A stretch of 64,000 bases of DNA from Vicugna vicugna. Lineage: Eukaryota. How positions within the stretch are numbered: the first letter of the stretch is position 1; every line of letters starts with the position of its first letter. The notes beneath the pieces were generated by a model. That model saw only the letters and a list, made by a program, of their open reading frames with translations, did no database searches and was not told where the DNA came from. The translations under genes were made by a program, and so were the position numbers. The DNA lies in NCBI GenBank assembly GCA_013265495.1, contig MU058444.1:806001-870000 (forward strand). The letters are read 5' to 3'. Below are positions 49,556-61,960 of the stretch, in pieces.

Positions 49556-49975
49556 TGTGACAGAAACTGCTGGATATCTCCTAATATTTACTATCTTCTT
49601 TTCTGGTAACAGAACCCTGGTTATTAGTTCGACACATTGATGAGGAGATCCTATACCTCCCACTTCTCGTAGTCAGGCCAAGTCACAAAGTTCTGGGTAA
49701 TAATAAGTCAGTCGAAATTTCATGTGAAAACTCCCAGTGAAACTCCTTGAAGGAAGGGAGCGACCTCTTTGCTATGCTATCTTCTCTCCGTGCTCCACAA
49801 AGTGCAGACAGGTGCCTGGGGTTGGAGCAGATTTCTTAGATTAGTACCAGGAACAGCGGGATGGAAGGCAGCAGGTCCCAGATGACTACAGAACCTCCTG
49901 GAAGTTTCTATCTTGTTCATGTCATTGCTTGTGTATTCCTATTAAATAAAGCAGAAGCTAAGCTTAGCAAACATA
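49556..49975 (+). mobile_element. Old MaLR LTR (MLT1J-like)
   Basis: tgtgacagaaactgctgg...ttctggtaacagaaccctg...ggggttggagcag...gcaaaca. Confidence 0.55.
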
Positions 49976-52070
49976 GGAGCAAAGGGGAGAGCAGATTAAT
50001 GAGTTTTGGAGGCTTCTGCAATAGACCAAGTAAGAAATGACCAGGATTCAGCAGGAGTTGAAAAATAATAGGTAGTGAGATTCAGGATAGATAAAGGATG
50101 ATCCAATAGGATTTGTTGGTGGATTGAATGCAGGTTGTTATTATAAAGGAAGACATCAAGCATGCATCTGTATTTTTAGCTGAAATAAAAAGGAATGGAA
50201 TCAGTATTTACGGATTTGGGAAAGATTGCAAGTGGGACAAGGTGTTTTGTTTTGTTGTGTTTTTGAAGGGCAAACCTAACCAAGACTTAATTTGGGGGAT
50301 GTTCGTTTTAGATACTATCATATTTCCAAATTGAAATATGGCAGGGGCACCCGATAAATGATTCTGCAGTTCAGGGAAAAGGACTGGGTTCAAGATAAAA
50401 TTATGGACTCATCAGAGATCACCTAAGGAATATATGCGGATAAAGAAGAGGTAGAAAGACTAGGTGATGAGCAATGATGTTTATAAATCCAAGAGATGAG
50501 GATGACCCAGCAAAGAAAACTCAGAAGGAACAGCCAATGAGGTGTCTTGGAGGCCAAAGGGAGCGGGGTAAGGGGTCGTGTTTCAAGAACAGAGTGATCA
50601 GCTGTGACAAACGCTGCTGATGGATCCCACTGAATGCAAATCAAGAAGTGACCACTGGACTCGGTGACATGAGTGCCATGCAAGATTTTGAAAGAGCTGT
50701 TCATGTTAAGTGGGTGGGGATGGAGAAGACCTCACCAGAATGGAGTCAAGAAAGGGTGAGAAGTTAGAAGTTAGACATACTTCCTGTATAAATAACTCTT
50801 TTTAGAAGCTTTGTTGTAAAGAAGAGCAGAAAAGTGAGAAAGTAGCTTTTAATTTTTTTTTTCATTTTCTTTTAGGTGAGAAATACTATAACATGTTCAT
50901 ACATTCATGGGAAAGATGCAATAGAGAGAATTAGTGAAATGGAGAAGCAAAAGTCCTGCCGTGGAGCAGGTGATAGGGAACGGAGTCTGGTGCACACGTG
51001 GAAGGACTGGCCTTTCCCAGGAGTCAGGTTAGAGCATGATTTCCTGTTTAGGTTTTTATATGTGGTTGCTGGAATGTCAGGACATTTTCTTCTGATTTCT
51101 TCAGTTTTCTCAGTAAAGCAGAAGACAAAGTCTTTAGCTGAGAGTGATGTTAGGAGCTTGGGGACATAAGAGAAGATGGGAAAGAGTCAGGAAGAACAGT
51201 GGGAAGAGGGAATTGAACAGGGGAAGGGCAGTAGGGGGGAGCCGCTGGAAGTCAGTGGTCATAAATGGAAACTGCGTCCAGTCAGCATGGTGGTGAGTTT
51301 TTCTCCAGCCATAGTCTCTCCGCCGGTGTAAGTGCAGAAGAGATAGAGGGCTATATTCACCCAGGACTGGGCACTTGGCTAGGAGAATACACTGGAGGGA
51401 AAGAGGGTCATGGAAATCAAGAGTTTATATAAGGGGATGGTCGTCATGATGAACCTTGAATCCAAGTCAGGTAGGAGAGGGGTGAACTGCAGGAGGCAAA
51501 GAGGAGGGAGAAGATGTTAGAGCTGGTGAACTGAAGGCCCATGGGTGTAAGGTTTTAGATATCCAAAGTCTAGTAGGAACAAACAGAAGAATGAAGGCAG
51601 TGATCGGAGTGTGATATTTGAAATTAACATTACAGAGAGGCTGTCACCGTGGGTAATGGCAAAGTCTACGGTATGACCATGGGCGTGGTTCTTGATGTAG
51701 GTTGCAAGCTAAGATTATTGGAGGGGAGATTAAAAAACAAAAACAACAACAATGACAACAAAAACTAGTGACCAGGGTATGTTGGGAAGGTGACCTATGC
51801 GGGCACCACACTCACCAGGACTCGGAGAGCTAACCGTATTAAGGATTCTCTAGAGCTTAACATCTCCAGACTTCCTAGGCACCCGGATTCCTTGAAGACT
51901 CTAGGAAAGATTTGGATGAGAGCAGCAAAGAGAGAGATAATAGGTGGCCAGACTACTCCTGTACCCCGTCAGCTGAGCTGTGTCTTAGCTATGTGAGTGT
52001 CCCGGAACCCTGGATGATCCTCTGTTGGGTATAATATTGATATATATTTTACCCTTTTTTATTAAGTGCT

Positions 52071-52096
52071 CACCAGGCACCAGGCACCAGGCACCA
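52071..52096 (+). repeat. (CACCAGG)3.7 short tandem repeat
   Basis: Direct reading. Confidence 0.9.
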
Positions 52097-53229
52097 AAGA
52101 AAGAAAGGTGACTAAGGATGGCACAGTTTCTGGTATTAAGGAAATCCGTCTAATGGGGGGCCAGACATGAAAACAATTGGTAATGCAGTGAAAAGGCATT
52201 TCAGCCACCCGTGGCATAGTGACAGCAAGAAACTAGGATAGGGGTAGGTTTCTGAAATGAAATCATTCTGAATCATACACAAGTCATCCCTGGATGCAGT
52301 TCAACACTGGATCCAGCCTACTTTGATTGTCTCAAAAATAGCTAATGAGTACTGCATAAAAGCGCACAAAGTGCAGAGAAGATACAATGGTATCAGGTTG
52401 AAATCTTGGCTTTATATTGAATTATATTGTGGGAGCTCATGTCATAGGTGACATTCCCTATCGTTAATTTTTTTTTTTCTCCCAGACATTTAATTTAGGT
52501 AGCCCACGGAAGTTCTGTTTCGCTAGGGGCAAAGTTGTTCTTTCATGTTACATCAAATTGTCTGAGTCATGTAAGCATTTGTTTAAAATATAAAACCAGA
52601 GCTTCAAGTAAGAAAAATACCAGAGGAAAACAAAACCGGGTACTGAAGTCACAACACACCAAGTGTTATCTCTCCGAACATATTCACAGAATTTTCTATG
52701 AGAACTTTAAACAGGCTCAGTGTCAGCGGGATAGCATGTTCTTTGTTGTTTTGGGAGACTTTTTCAATCAAATAATAGTCTTTATCAAAATGACTTATAA
52801 TGCCACCTGATGGTTGGAACTTACTTCTTAATAATTATCATCCCATGCTAGTGAGTAACCGATACAAAAAAAAAAAATTGTATAAAAACAGAATTTACTC
52901 TGCCCCTGGGGTTATGCTTCACTTTTCTGTCGGACGTTTAATACAATATCATAGCTTATTGAAAGGAAAACCAGTATTTTTTAGTTCTTTAATTTATAGT
53001 AATAATTTGCCTGAATAATTCTTCAGCCAAAGAGGTAACAATGTATGTCAACATTCACTTCATCATATTTAAATTGAGACTAAAAATAGTATTTATCTCA
53101 TGAGGTAATAGTGAAGATTATATAATACGTTGTAGAAAGGTATGAAAAATGCTCGATAAATGTTTGCTAACATTATTACTACCCTTGCCATCCAAATTAT
53201 TGTACTGATGACACAGCTATTTTATTTTG

Positions 53230-54420
53230 AATCATTACAGTTACAAGTGAACAGAACCCAAGCAATGGCTGGATAAACACACAGTGACGTTTAATTGAAT
53301 TTACAGAGTGGGAGGAGTAACATAAGGGCTGGAAAGGCGTTGAGCTGCAGAAGACAATGAGATGAAGCCCAGGAGAGCCATCAAAATTCTCTTTCCATTA
53401 CTCTTGTTTATTTCTGCACATCTGCATCAGTTTTCCATTTCCGCATGATGGCTTTCTCTGCTTCTCCTCTTTAACAGGAAATGGCGTTGCCACAGCCCCC
53501 GAGTTTCCATGTGGCGGTTCCAGTCCCACACTCTGACTAACTAGCAACTCTCAAGACCATTTCTAAATAGGAGAGAAAGTGTGATCAGTCCAGCCTGGTT
53601 CAGTAAACTCTTCCTGACCTTGTCAGCATCGAGGACCTGACACAATTCCAAGATGGCTGTCTCCTCACCCCCAGGATGCTTGGCAAGTTTCCAGAGGAAG
53701 GACCATTACTGTTAGCAATGCCAAAAAGTCATGCTGTGTCCTACTCTTGATTTCTGAGCCAGTATGTGTCTTCCTTGCCATATATCCAAAGATGTCCCAC
53801 CCCCAAGTCAACTGTCTGATGCATAACGACCAACACTTGACTACTCCATAGCTGGGGAAAACCTGAAGTCACACTTGTCCCTTCACCCAGACGCACACCC
53901 TCGGGACTGTATCAGGAGTCTTTAGGACAGAACCAACTCAGACTAACTTAAAACTAAAAGGGAAATTTATTAGATCAAGTTATTTGTTCTAGACTCTAGA
54001 TTCAGACTCAACAGACTTCAGAGTTTAAACAATTTTCCCGTACGTCTATCTCTACATTTACTGCTTCCCTCCAAATGTAACCTTGGTATCCCCTACTATA
54101 GTTGGATTTCCTTCGTGTGTCTGGGGAAGATGAGTCACTGTTAGATTCTTAGTGTATTTCCTAGTTTTCTCTCCATTATTTAAATATAGAATCCAAGGGG
54201 AGACTCATGAATGATCTTGTTCTTGTCATAAGCTCACCCAGGACCAGTTGGTCTATTTAAGGAAAATGGAGTTCAGCCCATGGCCAAGCCTGCATCACAT
54301 GTTTAGTTCTGAGCCTGGGCATACAGGTGAGGGGAGGGACATACTCTATGACTGACAGTTCTCCCCGGAACCTCAAGTGTGGGGGAAAAATGGCTCCACA
54401 AAGGCAGATATGCTGATAAG
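53230..54420 (-). mobile_element. Old MaLR LTR relics (MLT1K/L/M-like), at least two
   Basis: agttacaagtgaacagaacccaag... and tgtatcaggagtctttaggacagaaccaactcagactaacttaaaactaaaagggaaatttatt. Confidence 0.5.
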
Positions 54421-55360
54421 ATATTTTCCAATCCATTCATATATTCCAACCTTAGCTGCCCATCATTCACATTATGACCAAGTATTAAACGTCTTCACCT
54501 AACGTGCTGTAATTATTTCAAATGTCACACTAGGGGGAGAGTGAGGAGGTGCTGGGGTTCTCCATCCCATGAGGTCCAAAAGGGCTAGGAAAAATACAGG
54601 TTTCCAAAAAACGGGGTGCTGGTTGGACCAAAACATCTGAAGGGCTTTCAATAAATTAAATTTGTCTCAGTGAAACTCATTCTTTCTCTAGTTCATTTTC
54701 AATCTGTCCAGGGATGGATTCTCACCCCCTGGTATACTGTGACCTGAAGTTACAGCCTTCATCATGGCCAGCGTTTCTGGTAAACAATGGTGGGGGAAAA
54801 ACAGAAGGGATCTTTCATGAAATAAATGTTGATCTTTTCCTTGTGCAGTGCTCTTTGAGTCCTCCCCAAGAGGAGCACGAGGAAGGCTCCCCTGTGTGGG
54901 GGTGTGTGTGGCCACACACGTAGGTATGCAATCACCACTTCCTTCCTAGCTCTGAGAGTCACTCAAGTGATACTTGTTTTTATGGGTCACTGTTCCTCAG
55001 AGTTTCACCCTCCCATTGCCCTGAAACTTCCTGGGCTGTCTTTTGACTTCATTCTGGGGGATGGGGTGGGGGCGCTCAAATTGCTAAGAAACATTCCCAC
55101 AAGACACTGCCAATCAGGACACTCTCCAAACCCTATTTTTACCATGAACGCTCCCCGCCTGTGATTATGAGCTGGGACCAGTGCTCGGCACCCCCAGCAC
55201 CCCTTTTCTCTGCTGGCTGAGCTCAGCCACAGACCATGGGTGGGTAACAGAGGGATGAGGTAGGAGCATTTCTTACCGTGACCCGGTCCTGACCCTTCCT
55301 CCTGACTGCCTAATGTAGTGATGGAATGAGATGTAGTGATTACAATGAAATGCAAAGATT

Positions 55361-55400
55361 ATTACTTCCGGGAACAAATGATTACTTCCGAGAACAAATA
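55361..55400 (+). repeat. 20-bp tandem duplication, each unit carrying a GAS (TTCN3GAA) motif
   Basis: attacTTCCGGGAAcaaatg followed by attacTTCCGAGAAcaaata. Confidence 0.9.
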
Positions 55401-57424
55401 TTAGAAGACTGCTTTAAAAACATGGGGAGTGGGGAGGGGCAGATTTGATATATAGACACCCAATATTTCAATTCTGTACTTTTTAAATCATTGCATCAAT
55501 TTTACCCGTAGGACCTGGTGTTTCCACCTCCTGCAGCTCATGTGATTCATGATTAATTTTTTTTGTCACGATCTCAAATATTTTAAATCATTGACCCAGG
55601 TTTTCTTCATGCGCTTATAGGTGAATGGAGGTCTGGAGCGTATCCTGTGTTAAAACTAAACATCTCAAAGTGCAAACAACACACTTTCACGTATGTTGTT
55701 ATATGCTACTGTTTCCACTAACATTCCATCTTTGATAAGCTTTCAGCCCAAGAGCCAACAGATAATAGCTCAGTCAAATGCTTCATTGTAATGGTGTGGA
55801 CCATCATGTTCTCCCTTTGGGATGGGAACCCCCCCCCAACCCCCCGCCGGGGCATGACCCTTTCCTGACAGCAAGTTCCACTCTCTATGAGGGTCTATTA
55901 TTCTCAGCCCTTCACCTGATACTAAAATAGATCTTTGGTTAGAATTCTGTAGATGGCAAGTAACCAGCTTGCATTTACAAATGGAGGAGGGGGAGGTACA
56001 GTATGAGGGTGGGTGGGATCTCTCGCAAGCCCAGGGACAGGACGGCACTGCAGCCCACAACAGAATCTGGACCTCGGAAGTGGAAAGCCGCGAAGACTCA
56101 CTTCCCCCTTTTGTCTGTACTCTGCCCTGTGCTTCCGTGTCCTCATCCTCTTTGCAAGCTCATTCTCTTTGTTTTCACGTGACTAAGTATGGCTACACAC
56201 AGACTGATTTTACAGCTCCGGACACATGCTGGAGTTGTCTCTAAGTTTGAAGAGAAGCTCAGATTGGCTTAATTTAGGACAAACGCCTTCCCCTAGTCCA
56301 CAGGTCGGGCTAGCTGGAAACCTAATGGAGGAGGGGGATGTGTATTTTGAAACATCAGACGATCTTTCCAGGATGCGGTCCTAAAGGTGAACCATCAGAA
56401 TGGAATTTCGCCATGTGGCGAATAAGCCCATGTTTTTATCCTAATTCATCTGCGAGCTTGTCTGGACTTTGATGTTTGAAATAGGTGTGGAATGTCTGGG
56501 GTAATGATAACCATAGCAGTATCAGACTTTTGTATGATAATTGCAGGCTTTCTAAGCTACCTAACATCTCTTTGAGGTTGGTCAGTATCATTATAATTAT
56601 GCCAGATTTAGGGGTGTGAATTTGGAGACACAGGAATTTAAGATGCCATGCTGAGGGGTCAGGACAAACCCAGGATGTGAATGAAAATCAGAAGGCGCTA
56701 TAACTTGGGCTCGTAAACTTCGGTAATGTTACTGGATTTCAATCTCTGTTCCATCTGGATTTCTGTTTTCTTTTCACCATTTCTCATTCCCGGTGCTCTC
56801 ATGTCCCAGTTGATTTTCATAATAGATTTTTTTAAATTAAAAAACCTATTCTTTGTGCAATAACAAATAGCAATGTCGTCTGTCTACAGCAATAGTATCC
56901 TATATGGTTTTGCAATTTTTTTTCTTGGGTGAACATTGACCCTTGACTCCTTTTTTTCCAACTAATAATCATAATGATGGTGGGTTTTATTTTGCTTATG
57001 TTTGTAAGCAGGATTGGAGCCTGCAGGGATATCTGCTTAAATGAAGTGTAGTCTATTTAAAATAGCTTTCTGTTTAACCCCCACTGGGGAAATATATTTT
57101 CTGTTGGAGTATGGTGGGTGGCGAAGGCAGAACATGACACTGTTCAAAAACATGTCTGTTTGTGTTTAAATACGAATAACTCCACTCTAATGAGGAGAGC
57201 AGGGGTCAAAAGATCAGTTTTGGTATTTGAAGTTTAATACTGAGCCATAGAGAAGTCAGGTCCTTGAAGCTCGCAGTCTCTTCCATGTGTCCTTTTAAAA
57301 TCTGTATCAGCTGAATTTTTAGAAGAGGGAACGTCAGCTATAGAAGTGGGTAAGAGACAAAAGGCAGAGCGTGCAGGCATCACTTGGAAGAGTTAAAGGG
57401 AGGATGCTGCCAGGTGTAATACTT

Positions 57425-58235
57425 CATCCATTCTCTCCTTCATCCTTTGTATGTTTTTTTGCGACCCTACCAAGCACTAGGGCTGCAGGGATGTACTGAA
57501 ACCGTTGGATGCTTGTCCTCTGGGAAATAGAGGAATTGAGCTTTTGCATAAATAAACTTAAAATTATAATTATGATCATTTTTAGGAAGAAGAACCACAT
57601 GAAGATTGATCAACCTAGAACTGATCTGGTCTGAGAAGCCAGGAAAGTTTCCCTGTGGAAGGAAGGGCTGCATTTAACTCTGGAGGAAGCATTCATAGTA
57701 GACTCTTCATCCATGCACGAGGATGCTTATTGCAAAATGGTGAAGGGTGGAAAAATATGGTACTTCAGGTATAAATTCTCATCAGTAGGGAAATGCCACA
57801 TCTGTAATATAGGATTACCCCGCTCACAAAGGGATATCATGCACCCACTAAAAGAATCAGTGAGAGCTTTGCTTTTGGACGTAGAGGGATTTCCATGAAG
57901 TAATATTGAGCCAGGATAACAAACGAACAAACATGCATTAAAAAACAAAACAAAACAAAACAAAACACTGGAGTCATTCTAGAGAGTGATTTCATCAAGG
58001 GAAGCAGAGGGGAAGTCAGGGGAAGACACTGAGCTTTCTAGGCAGAAGGATCAGCATGTGCAAATGCCCTGAGGAAGAAGAGAATCTGGGGAAACAGATG
58101 TCTGACAGGAGGTTGATGGGGCTGGAGCTCAGAAAGTGAGGGCAGGGGGTGCAGGATGAAGGGAGGTGAAGATGCCAGATGTTTAGAGAAGTAGACAGGC
58201 CAGACCACGCAACAGACCATGTTAAGGACTTCATT
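57425..58235 (-). mobile_element. L2 relic interrupted by an L1ME-like 3' piece (about 57700-57965)
   Basis: ccctaccaagcactagggctgcagggatg...gagaagccaggaaagtttccctgtggaa...ctttctaggcagaaggatcagcatgtgcaaatgccctgagg...ggccagaccacgcaacagaccatgttaaggact. Confidence 0.7.
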
Positions 58236-58989
58236 GTTATCATTCAGTACCTGGTTTACACCTTGGAACTATTCTGTCATCACACAGTGGTTTCAGCCAT
58301 CGCTGGGCTGGTTCTGCATTGCTATGTACACATTAGAATCTAAGACACCATGCCTGCTACAAGGAATTACTCATTACAACCTGGTTTTCCAATTCACGTA
58401 CCCCTCCTGACCACCCTGCTTTTTCCATGAAAGGGTATAATCTGGTTCTGTACAGCTCAACTCTTAGACTCAATATCCCTCTATGTTTTTGAACAAATAA
58501 GGTTAATAAGGTTAATATCTCCTCCTTATACTAAAATAAGTGGAAAATTATTGACAAAATAACTTATTATATATACGTATTTTTAAAAAGTAATGTCATG
58601 CCCTAATTTATAATCTAAGTACAAGCAATTCTTTAAAAAAATACTGCTTTAGTATGTAAATATTCATCTGTAAATATTCGCACACAATTCTACGAGGAAA
58701 CATGAAAAAGCTATCAGACATTGGACCTGCGGTGGCCAAGGAAGGTGGGTATGTTTTATCGGTAACTTGGATGCGGTTTTGCCAGTTCTGCGATGTACAA
58801 AATAAAGAATAATTCTTGGCATATATCTCCATTAAGCAAAATACATTGTCACTAGAGTCCTACAGTGCAATGTATACTAAAACTGTATTTTTAGTTTAAA
58901 AAAAATTAGAAGTAGAAAAAATTAACTTACTTGCAAAAAATTCTTGTATGCGTATGTGGAAGAGAGAAACTCTAGTCTTACATAATTAT

Positions 58990-59185
58990 TAATGGGTTTT
59001 TCACCCTCATGTCTGCCAAGACTGCTGTTACTTGCACAAGACAGGGGGTAATTTTCCATTGTGCAGGACACGTTACAGGACATATGTCATCCAGGTCCTT
59101 GCCCACCAAATGCCAGGAGAGCCCTCAGTCATTGGAACAGTTTCCAAATGTCCCCTGTGGGTTGGTGTTCCAGTGAGAACCACCA
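58990..59185. mobile_element. hAT-Charlie MITE (MER3/MER20-like)
   Basis: gtaattttccattgtgcaggac...cccaccaaatgccagga...tttccaaatgtcccctgtggg...gagaaccac. Confidence 0.6.
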
Positions 59186-61407
59186 ATGTGATTGGAAGAC
59201 AAGTCACTGGGAAGATTAAATGATACCAGAAGACGTCAGTAAGAGCCCTGAAAATCAATGAAAGGGATGTTACAAGGTCACAAATTTTGGCAGAGAAGTA
59301 GTAAAGGGATTAAGGCTTGTGCATTTTTAAAGAGCGCCCAACCGTCAAAGCCAGAATTAGACAATATGGAAATAGAGATGGGTGTTGGGTGATGGATCCC
59401 GCAGAGACGCAGAAAGGAACAAGAGGGCGTCACAGGCTGGAGAGCCACTGAGCAGGGGTGGGCAAGGTGTAAAGCACAAATAAATACGAAGCTTCTGGGA
59501 GGCAGTGAGATAGGACTGCAGACATCCCCAAACAGACCTTGCAGAAAAGGCAGCTGGGGTTGGCAGTCTTCTCCCACCCCTCCTCGTCCTGTCTCTCTCT
59601 CACTGTTTTGATTACACAAGTACAAATTCTATCCCAGATCTCAGCAGACCTCTGTGAAATCCAGTCCAGGTAGTGAGTGACTCTGAGGATACCTCGCATG
59701 ATCGCTACTGCTGTTCTGCTAAGTAACTCATGCAACGCAGGACAGCCACAGGGGCCCGTGATGATGTGAATAGCATTGGTGACAAAGGCTGTGACATATC
59801 GCCACTCTAAACTGCCCTTGCAGGTGGCTGTTTATATTCATCCATAACAATGAAAAATAGCTAACAAATGACTTCTCAGAAGTTAGGTGAAGCATTTTAA
59901 AAGATATTAAACTGGACAATTTTCATTTGCTTTAGCAAATACTTGTAACAAAACACTTAAAAAAAAAGCGGTAGCTATAATAATCAGTAAATAGTACTTT
60001 ATATCTAATATTTTTCTGTCAGCATCACTCCATGTTCTGCCGCGCTGCCTAATTCCATGATGATACGTTTTCCCAGTAAATACTGGCAAGATTTTTAAAC
60101 TTATTTCTGTGCGTCATGAAACTTTTTATTTTCACACTTGACCTGCCCAAGAGGAAGAGAAGAGAAAAATACACTCATGACAGGATAGGATGTAATGCGT
60201 TTAGCTATTTAAAAATAAAAGATGATGGTTTTCTGCATTTTTAATTACCATTTGATTTCTCTTTACTTCATTTCCTAAAATAATTTGTTGCAATTATCTA
60301 ACCTTTTGTGGATACTTCTAGATTAAAAAATAATTACACAGCAATACACTGTAATTTTGAGGAATGGAGGAAGCACGAAGTAGAATAATGTGTTTCCCAT
60401 CCTTCTAAAGGAATTTCGTGATGCAAAAAAACCCCAGAAAAACAATTATTCATCTACATATGTACCTAATTATATTTAATTACATTTGTTTCTACACCTC
60501 TTTTCATAAGGAATCACACTATCTTTTTTGGACTTCAAATTATATTTAAGCTGTTCCGTCTTTATACACACGTGCAGCACACACACATGAGAATCAAAGA
60601 TGCAGATAAACCTAGAAATTCCAAGGCATATCTACTATCTTTTATTAATTTTTCCATCCATGCCCTGATCAGTGCCTGACATGGTGCCTTTCCTACCCAA
60701 AATTCTCAATTAATGTGTGTTGAATTAATGACACTTACATAACACTTTACGTAACAACTTAAATGTGGCAGAGAGAGAAAATGATTATGAGGTTCATTTC
60801 AATAATTTCTACAGTACTTGTACATGAAATATCATAAGACAATTAAACTAATGCAATGATTCATCCAGCAGTAGGTTTTTCCAACACTCATAGGAATATT
60901 GCTTCTTAATTTCCCCTAAAGTATCTGGGGAAAATGTTGACAAAAACATCTAGCTTTTTATTGTTAGCTGTGACATTCTTTCTGTATCAGTGGCTTTATC
61001 TGCCTGGAAGCCATTACCTTGAAGTGTATTAAAATGTTTATTTTAAAGCTCTTGAAAGATCCAGAAGCTTAGGGCTCCTTTTGTGTACAAATAATGACTG
61101 AGACCCTACGGTAACCCATTGAAATAGCTTGTCATTTTTCTAAGAAGTTTTGAAGAAACACGTCTGTCAAAAGCAAAATAAACAATCAGGAAAAAAAATG
61201 TCACTAAGAATACAATTTTCTTCTTTTCCAATAAACTTTAGTTGCTTTTTCTCTTCTAGGATTTCTGTATCTTTTATCTTTATGTGTATTTTTGTGCATC
61301 TGTATATAACTGTGTGCGTCTATTTCATATGCAGGTTGTTATCTCAATTAATTTGTAAGTGCTTTGAGGATTGACAAAAAAGTACCTGATGCTGCTTTTG
61401 GGAGAGT

Positions 61408-61540
61408 TTTTAAAAAATTTTTGGGGGTGGGGCAGGTAATTAGATTTACTTGTTTACTTTGGAGGAGGTAGAGGGGATGGAACCTGGGACCTCATGCATG
61501 CTAGGCATGCACTCCACCACTTAGCTGCACTCTCCCCTCC
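61408..61540 (-). mobile_element. Vic-1-like SINE
   Basis: ggtaattagattt...ggggatggaacctgggacctcatgcatgctaggcatgcactccaccacttagctgcactctcccctcc. Confidence 0.9.
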
Positions 61541-61812
61541 ATAAGGCTGATTTGAATCTCTTTGTGTAATCGCACTCTATATAGGAAAACCGAGAGCTGA
61601 TGAATGTAATTTAACATTTCCACTACTTCGTTCTTGGACTTCAGCCTGAATTCTGTAGAATGGGGTAAATAAGGAGTGAAGGCTGACTTGAGGTTTGATC
61701 AATAGATACTCTTGGGAGCCTCTTAACATGAGTGCAATCTTGTTACTTTTTATGTACTATTTATAAAATTCTTCTTTTGGTTCCTGTTTTCAATCTAATC
61801 TATCTGTTTAAT

Positions 61813-61960
61813 GGGAGGAGGGTGTAGCTCAAGTGGTAGAGTGCATGCTTAGCAAGCATGAGGTCCTCGGTTCAAACCTCAGCATCTCCACTGAAAAACC
61901 AAATAAATAAATAAAGCTAGTTACCCCCCCCAAAAAAAAATTTGAAAAGGAAAAAAGAAA
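61813..61960 (+). mobile_element. Vic-1-like SINE
   Basis: gggaggagggtgtagctcaagtggtagagtgcatgcttagcaagcatgaggtcctcggttcaaacctc followed by aaataaataa, a C-run and an A tail. Confidence 0.92.

Larger units (their letters stand above)
48205..51800 (-). mobile_element. Long L2 relic interrupted by two LTRs
   Basis: Collinear antisense L2 motifs from the 3' end (gaatagtgaacaaatg..ccctgccctt) through gagtgatcagctgtgacaaacgctgctga...aagtgaccactggactcggtgacatg to ttctctgatttcttcagttttctcagtaaagcagaagac. Confidence 0.75.

Noticed and set aside
58708..58725. aagctatcagacattgg resembling mature miR-21
   Set aside because: Only a partial match with an indel in the seed, and no complementary hairpin arm nearby.
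60057..60125. ATGATGA as a possible C/D snoRNA box C
   Set aside because: No box D (CTGA) with a terminal stem at a suitable distance.
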